DNA from: Vicinamibacterales bacterium
GTDB lineage: Bacteria; Acidobacteriota; Vicinamibacteria; Vicinamibacterales; 2-12-FULL-66-21
Reading direction: 5' to 3'
DNA length: 64,000 nucleotides
NCBI GenBank assembly: GCA_038320555.1
Contig: JBBQEJ010000005.1
Span: 5,357 to 69,356, forward strand
The position numbers and the translations under genes are program-made. The notes beneath the pieces were generated by a model that was not told the origin of the DNA, searched no databases, and saw nothing but the letters and a program-made list of their open reading frames with translations. Shown here in pieces: positions 35,342 to 45,160 of this stretch. Numbering within the stretch: position 1 is the first letter of the stretch; every line of letters begins with the position of its first letter.

Positions 35342-36349
35342 CTACATTCCGCTGCGGGGGACAGGGACCGCCTCGAGCAGGCGTTCCACGAGGTTATCGG
35401 CGGTGATGCGCTCGGACTCCGCGTAGAAGTTCGGGATCACCCGATGACGCAGCACCGGCCGCGCCAGCGCCTGGATGTCCGCCACGGAGACGTGATAGCG
35501 GCCAAGAATCAACGCGCGCGCCTTGCCGGCAAGGATGAGCGCCTGGGACGCCCGAAGGCCCGCTCCCCACTTCACCCACTCGCGGATGAACTGGTGATCG
35601 CTCTGCCGTCCCGGCCGCGAGGCGTCGACGAGCCGGACGGCGTACCGCGCAATCTCTTCCGCGACGATCACCTGCCGGACGAGTTGCTGGATCTCGAGAA
35701 TGTCGGCGCCGCTGAAGATCTGCGACGGGGTGTGCGTCTCGACGCCCGTCGTGTTCGTCACGACGCGCACCTCTTCGTCTTCCGAGAGGTACGTCATCAC
35801 GATATTGAACATGAAGCGATCGAGCTGGGCTTCCGGCAGCGGATACGTGCCTTCGAGCTCGATCGGATTCTGCGTGGCGAGCACGAAGAAGGGGCGTTCG
35901 AGCGGATAGGTCCGCCCCGCGGCCGTCACGTGATATTCCTGCATGGCCTCGAGCAGGGCCGCCTGGGTTTTCGGCGGCGTGCGATTGATCTCGTCCGCAA
36001 GCAGAATCTGCGCAAAGATCGGCCCTTTCACGAAGCGCAGCGAGCGATGCCCGTCTCGCTCGTCGAGGACTTCGGTGCCGGTGATGTCGGCCGGCATCAG
36101 GTCGGGGGTGAATTGAATCCGCTTGAACGACAGGTCGAGAATCTGCGCGACCGTCTTGATCAGCAGAGTCTTGGCCAGCCCGGGCACGCCGGTGATCAGG
36201 CAGTGGCCGCCGGTGAAGAGCGCCATCAAGACCTGGTCAATGACCTCGTCCTGCCCGACGATAACCTTGCGGATCTCCGTGAGGATCCGTTCCCGCCCCT
36301 GCGACACGCGCTCGGCAACCGCGGCGATGTCCGATCTTGTCGTGTGCAT
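35342..36349 (-). CDS. MoxR-family AAA+ ATPase
   Basis: VIVGQDEVIDQVLMALFTGGHCLITGVPGLAKT...ILLADEINRTPPKTQAALLEAMQE. Start at MHTTRSD (36349); the longer ORF is rejected. Confidence 0.9.
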   Translation of the reverse strand: MHTTRSDIAAVAERVSQGRERILTEIRKVIVGQDEVIDQVLMALFTGGHCLITGVPGLAKTLLIKTVAQILDLSFKRIQFTPDLMPADITGTEVLDERDGHRSLRFVKGPIFAQILLADEINRTPPKTQAALLEAMQEYHVTAAGRTYPLERPFFVLATQNPIELEGTYPLPEAQLDRFMFNIVMTYLSEDEEVRVVTNTTGVETHTPSQIFSGADILEIQQLVRQVIVAEEIARYAVRLVDASRPGRQSDHQFIREWVKWGAGLRASQALILAGKARALILGRYHVSVADIQALARPVLRHRVIPNFYAESERITADNLVERLLEAVPVPRSGM

Positions 36350-37143
36350 CAGTGGGTTAGCGAATAAATGATTTCGTTGATCTCCATCCGGTACGCCACC
36401 GCCGTGTATTTCACGTAGCCCGGATACTCCGCCGCGTTCGACCACTCCCAGCCGTCGCCCATGTCCACGTTCCAGTTGATGAGCACCATGGCGCGGCCGT
36501 TGTCGTCTTCGATCGCGCGCAGGTGCGCGACGTAGCCACCCTTCTCCCACGTGCGTCCCTGCAGGAACGAACCGAGGCCCGGCGTCTGAGGGAACGAATC
36601 GAACTGGTAGAAGCAGTGGAAAATCGGATGCGCTGGCGGAAGATCGATGATCTTGCGATCGGGAAAGACCCGCCGCAGCTCGCTCTCGACGTTCGCCCAT
36701 TCGATGGGACCGTGAAAATCATCGAAGGTCAGCGTGCCTCCTCGCAGCAGGAACTCGCGCAAAATCGGCACCTCTGCGTCCTTCAGCCGCAGGTTCCCCC
36801 CTTCCACGATGTAGATCCATGGATAGGACCACAGGTTCGGATCCTCAATCGTCAGTACGACCGGATCGTTGACCTGAATGGCCGTCGCCGTACGCACGCG
36901 GCGCGACAGGTTCTGGTCGGCCGCGGGTGCGTCGATGAACCACGGTTCGTCTTCGGGGTTGAGGTATCCCGCCCGCGGGACCGTCCAGGCCGTGTAGCGA
37001 ATCCGCGCGAACGTCCACTGCAGTCCGGCGAACCGCGCGTCGGGGGCGTCCGGGTTCTGTGCGTCTGCCCGCGGCGTCAGCCACGCGGCGCCCGCCCACA
37101 GCAGCAGGCCGGCGACAGCCGCTGTGGGAAGGAGCGGCTTCAT
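36349..37143 (-). CDS. DUF4159 domain protein, secreted
   Basis: Signal peptide MKPLLPTAAVAGLLLWAGAAW, then YPWIYIVEGGNLRLKDAEVPILREFLLRGGTLTFDDFHG. Confidence 0.7.
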   Translation of the reverse strand: MKPLLPTAAVAGLLLWAGAAWLTPRADAQNPDAPDARFAGLQWTFARIRYTAWTVPRAGYLNPEDEPWFIDAPAADQNLSRRVRTATAIQVNDPVVLTIEDPNLWSYPWIYIVEGGNLRLKDAEVPILREFLLRGGTLTFDDFHGPIEWANVESELRRVFPDRKIIDLPPAHPIFHCFYQFDSFPQTPGLGSFLQGRTWEKGGYVAHLRAIEDDNGRAMVLINWNVDMGDGWEWSNAAEYPGYVKYTAVAYRMEINEIIYSLTH

Positions 37144-39704
37144 TGCCGAACTCCGGGAGCGCCGGAGCCCTTGATGGATCGCAGCAGCAGGTCCTGCGCG
37201 CGATCGAAGCTCGGCGCGATCTCGAGCGCGGCGAGCGCTTCGACCTTCGCCTCCGCCGGACGGTTCGCGAGCAGGTAGGCCTCGGCCAGATCGCAATGTG
37301 CTGAGGCCTTGTCCGCCGGACCGATGGCCAGGGCGGCCTTGAACTCGCGCACCGCGGTGTCCGGCTGGTTGCTTTTGAGCGCGAGGCGCCCGAGGCCGCT
37401 GTGTGCGAGCGGATCAAACGGGTCGATAGCCACAATCCGGTCGTACGCCAGCAGCAACGCCTGGGGCGCCGACGCCTTCTCGGCGAGTGCCGCAAGACGC
37501 CGTGCGGCCTCGACCGTGGTGTGATCCTGCGCAATCATCGCCCGATACTCGGACATCGCGCGCGCGGTGTCGCCAAGCTGCTCGGCCAGCCGCGCCATGA
37601 CGGCGTGCGGGCTGTCGTCCCCGGTTGCCGCCGGAATCAGCGCCGCAGCTCTTCCGAGCGGCTCGAATGCCGCGCGATCGCCGGCCGCCGCCAGCGCCTC
37701 GCCGTAGGCCAGTTGGGCCCCATAACTGCCGGGATGCTCCGCTGCCACCGCACGCAGCGCCGCCACGTCCGGCTTGGCGGGAGGCGCGCCCCTTTCACCG
37801 GGGGCGGCGGGGCCGGTCGATCCGGGAATCGCGCGGAGCGCCGCTCGAAGCGGCCCGAACCGCGCATCGAGCGCCTTGTCGAACGATCCCTGCAGATCAG
37901 GCAGCGTGACGCCGATCGTCTTCTCGATTGCCGCGTCCCCTTCCAGCCCCTGGCCGTACGATCGCACGAGCGCCTGGAGCTTGGCATCTCCATACGTCCG
38001 CACGACGTGATCGACGAGCAGCGACGCTTCGAAATACGCCAGCGCGATCGTGTCGGGCCGCGTGAATCCGGAGTTCAGATCCGCGAGCTTCAGGGTCTTG
38101 CCGCGTTCGAGCGCCATCGCAAAGGGGATTTCCATCTCGCGTCCCCACTCGGGACGGGCCTGGGTTTCCTCGTACTCCGAGATGCCTTCGGTGAGCCACC
38201 GAGGCACGCGCTGGTTCGACATCTGCAGCGTGATGACATGCGTCATCTCGTGCCAGAGCGTGGCCTGCCACGAGAACGGCCGGCCCGGGTGCGCATGAGG
38301 CGAATCGAGCGACACAACACGGCCGAAACACGCGCCGAGCGCGCCGATCATGCCGGGCAGCCCGACGGTGCGCACGGCGAAGTCGTCGTGCTTGGGAAAA
38401 ATCTCGACGAGAATCGGTCCCTTCGGCGTGAAGTGGTACTTCGCCGACAGCGTCTTCAGCGCTTCCTGCGCGAGCGGCATGGCATACTCACGCATCACGG
38501 GAGCTTCATCGGGATCCAGCTTCAGGATGATGTCGCCTTCGGGAATTTCGACGAACTTGTCGAGCGTATCGAGCAGCGCGAGCAGGTTGTAGGTGACGAC
38601 GTCGTACGGGTCGATCTTGAACGCGCGATCGAGCGCCTGACGCGCCTGCGCCTCATCGCCTGTACGCATCAGGTGCATGCCGAGCTCCGCATACGCCCGC
38701 GCGTTCGTCGGATCGAGCGCGACCGCTTCGCGCGCGAGGCCGACCGCCTCGTCGAATCGGTAGTTGTGCGCGGTGAGCTGAGACGCGACCCGATAGATCT
38801 CTCCGTAGGCCGGATTGATCGCGAGCGTGCTCTTGACCTCCGCGTCGAACGCCGTCCGCCCGCCTCGAACATACGTAATCGCCGCGGCCAGCGCGCGCGC
38901 CTCAAGGTGCGACGGATTCTGCGCCAGCACGCGCGCAATGCGCTCACGCGCCGCGTCCCACCTCGTGTTGTCGAGATCGAGCTCCGCGAGGAGCAACTCC
39001 GCGTCCGCCAGGTGTGGATCAATTTCGAGCGCGCGGGTGGCGGCGGCGGCCGCGGCCGCTGGATCGTCTTCAGCCAGGGCGCGCCCCAGGCCGGCGTGCG
39101 CCGGTGCCCACTCGGGATCCTGCGCAAGCACCTGCTGGAAGGACTTCACCGCCTCCGTGTAGTTGTACGTTTCGAGAAACAACAGACCCCACGCGGTATC
39201 GACCGCCGGGTTCGACCCGGCCGCCGCAGCCGAGCGGAAGAGGCCGTTCGCCTCGCGCGATCGCCCCAACGCTTCGGCTGCCCGGCCTGCACGGGTCAGC
39301 GACGCGGGATCGTTCTCCGATGATCGGAAAAGCACATTCAGGAGCTGTGAGGCGTCGCCGGCGCGGCCGAGTCTCTGGAACACCAGAGCTAGTTCGAGGG
39401 CCGCGTCGCTGAGCGGAGCTCGGTTGGCTGCCGGCTGCAGCATCCCGATCGCCTCGGTGTACCGTCCTGTGCCGACGGCGAGATGCGCCAGCACCGCGAT
39501 CGCCGCGGGATCGCCGGCGGGTCGGGTCTTCGCCAGCGTCTCTGCCTCGGCCGGCTTTCCGTGCGCGATGGCACGCCAGGCGCTCGCAGGGAATGGCAGC
39601 GGCGCCGCAGCCGCCTGCTGACTGTGCGATGGCCCGGTGACCGCCGTCCAGACGCAGAGCGAAGCAAAAAGAACGATCGCCGGCCGGAAGGGGAGGTGTC
39701 GCAT
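37140..39704 (-). CDS. Secreted TPR-repeat protein with a peptidase-MA-like (HExxH) domain
   Basis: Start at MRHLPFRPAIVLFASLCVW (39704). Multiple TPRs, with WHEMTHVITLQ...RWLTEGISEYEE. Confidence 0.7.
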   Translation of the reverse strand: MRHLPFRPAIVLFASLCVWTAVTGPSHSQQAAAAPLPFPASAWRAIAHGKPAEAETLAKTRPAGDPAAIAVLAHLAVGTGRYTEAIGMLQPAANRAPLSDAALELALVFQRLGRAGDASQLLNVLFRSSENDPASLTRAGRAAEALGRSREANGLFRSAAAAGSNPAVDTAWGLLFLETYNYTEAVKSFQQVLAQDPEWAPAHAGLGRALAEDDPAAAAAAATRALEIDPHLADAELLLAELDLDNTRWDAARERIARVLAQNPSHLEARALAAAITYVRGGRTAFDAEVKSTLAINPAYGEIYRVASQLTAHNYRFDEAVGLAREAVALDPTNARAYAELGMHLMRTGDEAQARQALDRAFKIDPYDVVTYNLLALLDTLDKFVEIPEGDIILKLDPDEAPVMREYAMPLAQEALKTLSAKYHFTPKGPILVEIFPKHDDFAVRTVGLPGMIGALGACFGRVVSLDSPHAHPGRPFSWQATLWHEMTHVITLQMSNQRVPRWLTEGISEYEETQARPEWGREMEIPFAMALERGKTLKLADLNSGFTRPDTIALAYFEASLLVDHVVRTYGDAKLQALVRSYGQGLEGDAAIEKTIGVTLPDLQGSFDKALDARFGPLRAALRAIPGSTGPAAPGERGAPPAKPDVAALRAVAAEHPGSYGAQLAYGEALAAAGDRAAFEPLGRAAALIPAATGDDSPHAVMARLAEQLGDTARAMSEYRAMIAQDHTTVEAARRLAALAEKASAPQALLLAYDRIVAIDPFDPLAHSGLGRLALKSNQPDTAVREFKAALAIGPADKASAHCDLAEAYLLANRPAEAKVEALAALEIAPSFDRAQDLLLRSIKGSGAPGVRQ

Positions 39705-39838
39705 GTCCCTGATTGGATTATAGAAGGTTCCCGTGCGATCAGCGGGCTTCCGCCTGTCGGTAAGACGGCGGCGGCACGCAGACAGTTTGGCGCGAGAGGC
39801 CGATGCCTCCGCTGTTCGACCTGGCTCAGGCGCGTCCG

Positions 39839-41305
39839 CTAATAGAGAGCCCTCCAGGTGAAGAAGAGCGTGGCGCACAAGCCCTGGCCGATTCCGAAAA
39901 CTGCAGCCCATGCAGGAACGTTCCGCGGCGCGACGAGTATCGCGAGTGCCAGGAACAGCGGAAACAACGTGGCGCTCAGACGTCCCATCGACAGCAGGCC
40001 TCCTGCGAAGAGCGGCGGGACGAGATTGACGAGCACAAATGCGCCCCACGCGGGGCCCAGCCGTCGAAACACAGGATAGGTGAGCGCAAGGGCGAAAAGA
40101 ACGCCGAGGGCGTTCAGCGTGTTGAACGGATTGTTCGTCACGACTTGCACAAGTGGCTCGTTGCGCACGTGGTCGAAGGCGGCGACGATCGGTCCGAGGC
40201 CTTGGTACGTCCGTCCCCAGGCTTCGTGACTGCGTGCCCAGGCGAACCAGACGCCGGTCAATCGGTAGAGGTACGCCGTAAAGAGCAACATGCCGATCCC
40301 GGGCATCGCGGCCGCGAGCAGCCGCACGCCAAGCGCCCGCACCGTCGAACCCATCGGGCGCTCGGCACGTCCGGCATTGTCGGCAGCTCTCACATCCTGA
40401 TAGATCTGTTGCAGCGCCAGAACCGCGAGCGGAATGCTGACGAAGCAGCCGTTCGGCCTCGTGAGGCCAACGAGCAGTCCCCAGAGAGACGCGGCGATCC
40501 AGTCGCGGTGGAGAAAGTGGTAACAGGCGGCGGCGGCGCCAAGCAGGAACAGCGATTCGGTGTACGGCGCATTGTAGAACAGCGCAAACGGATAGGCGGC
40601 AAGGAGAAGTGTGGCACCGGCCGCGCGCTCTGGCCCGATAAGATCGGATCCCAACCGTGTCACGTAGGCCAGAGCCCAGAAAAATGCGCCAAGCGAAATG
40701 ACGACGCCCGCCCATAACGCGCGCAGCATCCGCCGCTCACGCGGAACGGTTCGATCCGACATTCCGAACACCGCGCCGAGCGGCCGCATCAGCATCGGCA
40801 TCGCCGGAAAGAACGCGATGTTCCGCTGGCGCTGGAACGTGTGATCCCACGTGTAGCCGTCGAGCGCGATGTCGCCGTACCATCCGGCATCGAACCGCGC
40901 AGGCAGATTTGCCAGCGGATCTCTTGAGAGCACGAACCCCGGCGTGGCCGACAGGCCGATGGTGACAACGGCAAAGAAGGCGACCAGGAACACCGCGGGA
41001 CGCGTCGCGACAAACGCGCGCAACGCCGCCGCAACATTCGGCCGCGCGACGACCGCGGCGTGAGCCCTCCTCACACGCCCCAGGATGCTCGGCCGCGGCC
41101 ATAACAGGTGCCGCGCGATCTGGACGCACGCCGCCGCGTAGACCAGAAGCAGCGGAGGCGGGGGAAAGATCAGGACATTCCGGACAAACACGGCGGGGGT
41201 CGCCACGAGCGCGCACCATGCCGCCGCGGCAATCAGAACGGCGGTCATGATATCGGCAATCCGCGCGCCCCTGGTCAGCGGGTCAATGTCGGGTATCACA
41301 GGCAT
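39839..41305 (-). CDS. Polytopic GT-C-type glycosyltransferase, PIG-V/mannosyltransferase-like
   Basis: At least 9 TM segments, with DAGWYGDIALDGYTW...NIAFFPAMP resembling the PIG-V-family motif. Confidence 0.55.
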   Translation of the reverse strand: MPVIPDIDPLTRGARIADIMTAVLIAAAAWCALVATPAVFVRNVLIFPPPPLLLVYAAACVQIARHLLWPRPSILGRVRRAHAAVVARPNVAAALRAFVATRPAVFLVAFFAVVTIGLSATPGFVLSRDPLANLPARFDAGWYGDIALDGYTWDHTFQRQRNIAFFPAMPMLMRPLGAVFGMSDRTVPRERRMLRALWAGVVISLGAFFWALAYVTRLGSDLIGPERAAGATLLLAAYPFALFYNAPYTESLFLLGAAAACYHFLHRDWIAASLWGLLVGLTRPNGCFVSIPLAVLALQQIYQDVRAADNAGRAERPMGSTVRALGVRLLAAAMPGIGMLLFTAYLYRLTGVWFAWARSHEAWGRTYQGLGPIVAAFDHVRNEPLVQVVTNNPFNTLNALGVLFALALTYPVFRRLGPAWGAFVLVNLVPPLFAGGLLSMGRLSATLFPLFLALAILVAPRNVPAWAAVFGIGQGLCATLFFTWRALY

Positions 41306-41368
41306 GAGTCGAGGCAGCAGAGTACTCTAGCGAAGCTGAGTTCCACTAGAGACACAGCAGAGTAAATT

Positions 41369-41440
41369 CACCACAGAGGTAGCAGAGTAAACGGAGTCTA
41401 AAGAATTTTTCTCTGTTTCCTCCGCTATCTCTGTGGTGAA
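41369..41440. repeat. H-family hairpin element, copy H2
   Basis: Left arm caccacagaggtagcagagtaaacggag, loop tctaaagaattttt, right arm ctctgtttcctccgctatctctgtggtgaa. Same orientation as H1. Confidence 0.75.
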
Positions 41441-41488
41441 GACCCTCCGATATCTCCGTCCGCTCCGCTCCCTCCAATGCGCAGGCCC

Positions 41489-43096
41489 TCATTTCCGCAG
41501 CTCGTATAACGATGACGGCGCGCCGTACCATTCCGCGCTGGCGATGTGCCGCACGCGCGGCATCGTCTCGAGGCGCTTGACGGTGGCGGCGCAGACCTCC
41601 GGTTCCCACAACCGGCAATGCACGGCGATATGCGTCACACCCGTCCGGGCAAGATAGTCGAGCGAGCTCGGATCGGGGAACCCGGACGTGCCGTCGACGA
41701 GCGCCGCGTACGAGCGCGGATTGAAGCCGCTGTAGCCGTTGACCATCGGCGTCCAATGCCAGATGGAGAAATACATATACGGAAGATTCTCGGCAAACCG
41801 ATCCGGCTGCGCGTGGATCGGAAACTCGAACAACACCGCACCCGTCTTCGGAATCGATGCATAGATGCCCGGCGAGAAACGCCACATCGGCAGCCGGTCG
41901 TACCGCGGCCACGCGTCCACCATCAACGCCAGCGTGAAGAACGCAAGGGCGGCCGGGCGCGCGCGCGCGCCGGGTATACGCGCGAGTAACCGGCCGGCTC
42001 CCGCACCCGCGAGCACCGCAATCGTCAACCCGACGAGTATTCCGAATCGCGCAGGCACGCGGACCGACCGAAACGGCCATGCGAACCTGTACAAAGCCGG
42101 ATAGAACACACCGTGCACACCGAGCGAGCCGTCGAACGCCACCACGCCCGCGGCGATGAAGGCCGTGCGGGTCGCGGTGAGCGGCGGCCACGCGCCGGCG
42201 GCCGCAAGCGACAGAGGCACCAGGCCCGGAAACAACGCGCGCTCCGCGTGGACGACGCGCGGAAGAAACGCGCGATACGTCGGGTTGCCGACACCCGGAC
42301 GGAGGTAGTCCAACGGAACCGCGCTGAACTCCGCGACGCTTTCTGCCTGCCGGACGCCGCGTGCGGAAGCCGACGCGATGTACGCGCCGGCCAGAGGCCA
42401 CACCAGTATCGCCGCAAGGCATCCCCCCGCGGCCGCGTACACGACGCGGACACCTGGTACTTTCCACGCGCCTGCCAGGACGACGGCAAACACCGCGGCA
42501 TACACCGCGAGAAACAGGCCGTAATACATCGACGAGTACCACTGCGCCGCGAGCGCCAGCGCGAGCACGAGGGCGTACCGGCGTCGCCCGTCGCGCAGAA
42601 TGCGATGCACTGCCAGCAGCACCACCGGCATCCACATCGTCATCTGCAGCTCCAGGTGGCTCAGATGGTTGAGGCGAAATGGACAGAGCGTGAACGTGAC
42701 GGCAGTAATCCAGGCGGAAGGGCGTCCGTATCCGAGGGCGCGCACGAGCAGGTACGCGGAAAGACCGGACAGGATGAATGCCGCGAGAAGAACCTCGTTA
42801 TAGGCGACGACCGGATGCACGCCCGCCCACGCAAGCGGCGCCGCGGCGAGAGCCGGAAGGATCATCGAATCCGAATAGGTGAGCGTGGCGGGAAGCGGAT
42901 AAAAAATGTTCGCGTCAAACAGGTGTCTCGGATCGTGGGCAATCTGGTGCTGCACCCAGGCGATCCGCCACATGGAGAAGATCGGATCGCCGCGATCAGG
43001 GACAGCGTATAAGTCGGCGGCCTGCTGATGCAGGATCGTCAACGTCACCGCGACGAGCCCCAGGAACACCGCGGCGATCTCGCCGTGCCTGCTCAC
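41489..43096 (-). CDS. Polytopic membrane protein, GT-C-like glycosyltransferase with a C-terminal soluble domain
   Basis: Many TM helices and an N-terminal DPIFSMWRIAWVQHQ...NIFYP motif. The GTG start lies inside a heptamer array. Confidence 0.5.
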   Translation of the reverse strand: MSRHGEIAAVFLGLVAVTLTILHQQAADLYAVPDRGDPIFSMWRIAWVQHQIAHDPRHLFDANIFYPLPATLTYSDSMILPALAAAPLAWAGVHPVVAYNEVLLAAFILSGLSAYLLVRALGYGRPSAWITAVTFTLCPFRLNHLSHLELQMTMWMPVVLLAVHRILRDGRRRYALVLALALAAQWYSSMYYGLFLAVYAAVFAVVLAGAWKVPGVRVVYAAAGGCLAAILVWPLAGAYIASASARGVRQAESVAEFSAVPLDYLRPGVGNPTYRAFLPRVVHAERALFPGLVPLSLAAAGAWPPLTATRTAFIAAGVVAFDGSLGVHGVFYPALYRFAWPFRSVRVPARFGILVGLTIAVLAGAGAGRLLARIPGARARPAALAFFTLALMVDAWPRYDRLPMWRFSPGIYASIPKTGAVLFEFPIHAQPDRFAENLPYMYFSIWHWTPMVNGYSGFNPRSYAALVDGTSGFPDPSSLDYLARTGVTHIAVHCRLWEPEVCAATVKRLETMPRVRHIASAEWYGAPSSLYELRK

Positions 43097-43128
43097 GAAT
43101 CACTCATCACGAATCACTAATCACTAGT
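43094..43128. repeat. Tandem heptamer array CAC(G/T)NAT x5
   Basis: cacgaat cactcat cacgaat cactaat cactagt. Confidence 0.8.
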
Positions 43129-43146
43129 CTAGAACTGTTTCAAAAC

Positions 43147-43320
43147 CTCTCGCGCCGCGATCGCCGAGTGTGTCGCGCAGAGAGCGCCGAGGACGCAGGG
43201 GGGCGCGGGAGCGACCGGATCGCCCGCGGGCGACCGCGAGGCCGGGTGATCCGGTCCCCGCCGCGCTTCTCGGCGTGCTCAGCGTCCTCCGCGCGACATA
43301 CTCCGCGATCTCCCCGAGAG
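43147..43320. mobile_element. MITE-like palindromic repeat, copy B (inverted relative to copy A)
   Basis: ctctcgcgccgcgatcgccgagtgtgtcgcgcagag ... cagcgtcctccgcgcgacatactccgcgatctccccgagag. Colinear with the reverse complement of 5899-6073. Confidence 0.75.
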
Positions 43321-43326
43321 ACTAAT

Positions 43327-43368
43327 CACGAACCGCGAAACGCGAACCGCGCATCACGAATCGCGGCT
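43327..43368. repeat. Tandem heptamer array C(A/G)CG(A/C)AN x6
   Basis: cacgaac cgcgaaa cgcgaac cgcgcat cacgaat cgcggct. It overlaps the stop and last codons of the ICMT gene. Confidence 0.8.
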
Positions 43369-43869
43369 CCCGGCCAGCGCTCGCTCTTCGACCCGAATCC
43401 GCCCAGCGATGAGGATACCGAAGACGACGACCGACAGCGTACCTGCGATCGGCGCCTGGGCCATCAGCGCCATCCCCGCCAGCTCCCCCATCACCCCGAG
43501 ATAATTCGGGTGGCGCATGAACCGGTAGGGACCGCTCGTAATCCGCGTGGAGTCGGGAGGCACGAGCACGCGGAAGGTCCACCTCTCGCCAAGCGTCGCG
43601 ATCGCCCAGTACTTGATCGTCTTGGCAAGCACGAAGACAACCGTCCCGGCAATGAACACCGCATTCGGCTGCGCACGGCGGGCCCAGGCCTCGAACGCCA
43701 TCGCAAGAAATGCCGCGGGATACGCCAGTTGCATCAGCGGAAACACGTCGTTTTTGGGTTCGGCCGCGCCGGCCGATCGCAGGGCGCGATCGTGGCGGCC
43801 CGCCAGTCGCTTCTCGAACGCCATGGGGAGAAACGCCAGTGCCAGGAGGAGGACGAACAGGGGATCCAT
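43354..43869 (-). CDS. Isoprenylcysteine carboxyl methyltransferase (ICMT)-family membrane methyltransferase
   Basis: ITSGPYRFMRHPNYLG...RIRVEERAL. Start MDPLFVLL (43869), 1-nt overlap with the upstream stop. Confidence 0.75.
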   Translation of the reverse strand: MDPLFVLLLALAFLPMAFEKRLAGRHDRALRSAGAAEPKNDVFPLMQLAYPAAFLAMAFEAWARRAQPNAVFIAGTVVFVLAKTIKYWAIATLGERWTFRVLVPPDSTRITSGPYRFMRHPNYLGVMGELAGMALMAQAPIAGTLSVVVFGILIAGRIRVEERALAGSRDS

Positions 43870-44999
43870 CAGGCGGCGTGAATGTCGCCGGCGTATCTGA
43901 TCGCGTGCCGCAGCAACTGCGGCAGCACGGCGGCGCCGTACCCTGCCGCACGGACGGTGCCCGGATAGCCGACGAGCCAGCGCATGGTGCGATTGAAGCG
44001 CCACTTGGCGGAGAATTCGCGGCGGCGCGCGGCCAGCAGGCGGACGTGGGCGGAGGCCGTTCCGTGCTCGAGCGCGTGGAGCGCCTCGCCGGCAGCCAGC
44101 TCCGCACCACGAAGCGCGAAGCGCAAACCGTCGCCGGTCATCGGGTCGACGAAGCCCGAGGCGTCACCCGCGAGCAGCAGCCCTGGAGCACCTGCCACGT
44201 CACAATCAACGGCCAGTGGGCCCAGGCAGATCGGTTCCGCAATCATGCGCGCGTCCGCAAACCGGCCGCGGAGTTGAGCGTCGCCCAGCAACGCGGCAAT
44301 CAGCAGGTCCTTCGGCGATCGTCCATCAAGCGTCGGTGTGACGAGGCATGCATTGGTGACACGGTTGGGCAGCGGCGCAACGCCCAGGTAATGCCCGGCC
44401 CGCACGTGCATCTCGCCAAACGCCGTCATGCTGCTGACGTTCTCGAAGTAGCCGCCGACCGCCCAGCGTCGAGGGCGCACGGCGGATCGCGACAGTCCCA
44501 GACCGCGTGCCACGCGCGAATACCGGCCGTCGGCCGCAATCACGAGGCGTGCGGTCACGTGGAGCGATCTGGCGTCGCGGCCTTTGACGGCAAGCCCCGC
44601 AATCTCGGGCTCATGGCCCGATGAATCAACGATGGCGCCCTGCACCAGCACGCCCTGCTCGATACGCGCGCCCGCACCCGCAGCCGCCATCACCAGCGCG
44701 CCGTCGAGCTCGCGGCGCCCCAGAGCCCGCCCGCACACGGAATCGTACCGTCCTTCGACACGCACCCCTTCGTCGCCCGTGACGATCATTCCCGCAAGCG
44801 GGAGCGAGCCACCCGTTGCGCACTCAAGCCCGAGCCGGTCGAGGACCGCGAGCGCCCCCGGATTCAGCGTATCGCCACACAGTTTCTGGCGCGGAAACTC
44901 TGCCCGATCGAAGACGAGCACCCGCGCCCCGGCCCGCGCGAGGATCGTCGCCGCGATGGCTCCCGCCGGCCCCGCGCCCGCGATCAGGACATCAAGCAT
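43869..44999 (-). CDS. FAD-dependent oxidoreductase, geranylgeranyl-reductase family
   Basis: MLDVLIAGAGPAGAIAATILARAGARVLVFDRAEFPRQKLCGDTLNPGA. Confidence 0.8.
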   Translation of the reverse strand: MLDVLIAGAGPAGAIAATILARAGARVLVFDRAEFPRQKLCGDTLNPGALAVLDRLGLECATGGSLPLAGMIVTGDEGVRVEGRYDSVCGRALGRRELDGALVMAAAGAGARIEQGVLVQGAIVDSSGHEPEIAGLAVKGRDARSLHVTARLVIAADGRYSRVARGLGLSRSAVRPRRWAVGGYFENVSSMTAFGEMHVRAGHYLGVAPLPNRVTNACLVTPTLDGRSPKDLLIAALLGDAQLRGRFADARMIAEPICLGPLAVDCDVAGAPGLLLAGDASGFVDPMTGDGLRFALRGAELAAGEALHALEHGTASAHVRLLAARRREFSAKWRFNRTMRWLVGYPGTVRAAGYGAAVLPQLLRHAIRYAGDIHAA

Positions 45000-45021
45000 G
45001 TCGCATCCGGGAGTTGACGAA

Positions 45022-45160
45022 GATAACGGAGTTCAAAGCGAAGCAACGGTGTAAACGGAGACGAACGAAGATTGATTGGGTTTTCATGAAAACTCTTCTT
45101 CGTTCTTTCTTCGTTCTCTTCGTTCCTTCGTTGTGAACTTCGTGAACTTCGTTAACTTCG
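45022..45160. repeat. Purine arm / AT loop / pyrimidine arm word-repeat block
   Basis: Purine arm gataacggag...gtaaacggagacgaacgaag, loop attgattgggttttcatgaaaactc, pyrimidine arm cttcttcgttctttcttcgttctcttcgttccttcgtt, then gtgaacttc gtgaacttc gttaacttc. Confidence 0.75.

Noticed and set aside
39705-40715. N-terminal 337 codons of the 1191-aa ORF 37140-40715
   Set aside because: The extension is Arg-rich junk that overlaps the convincing GT-C membrane protein gene (39839-41305) in another frame. The internal ATG at 39704 opens a clean signal peptide.
41346-42635. 429-aa ORF on the minus strand, alternative frame
   Set aside because: It overlaps the 535-aa polytopic membrane protein gene in another frame. 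It is Arg-rich with no TM pattern.
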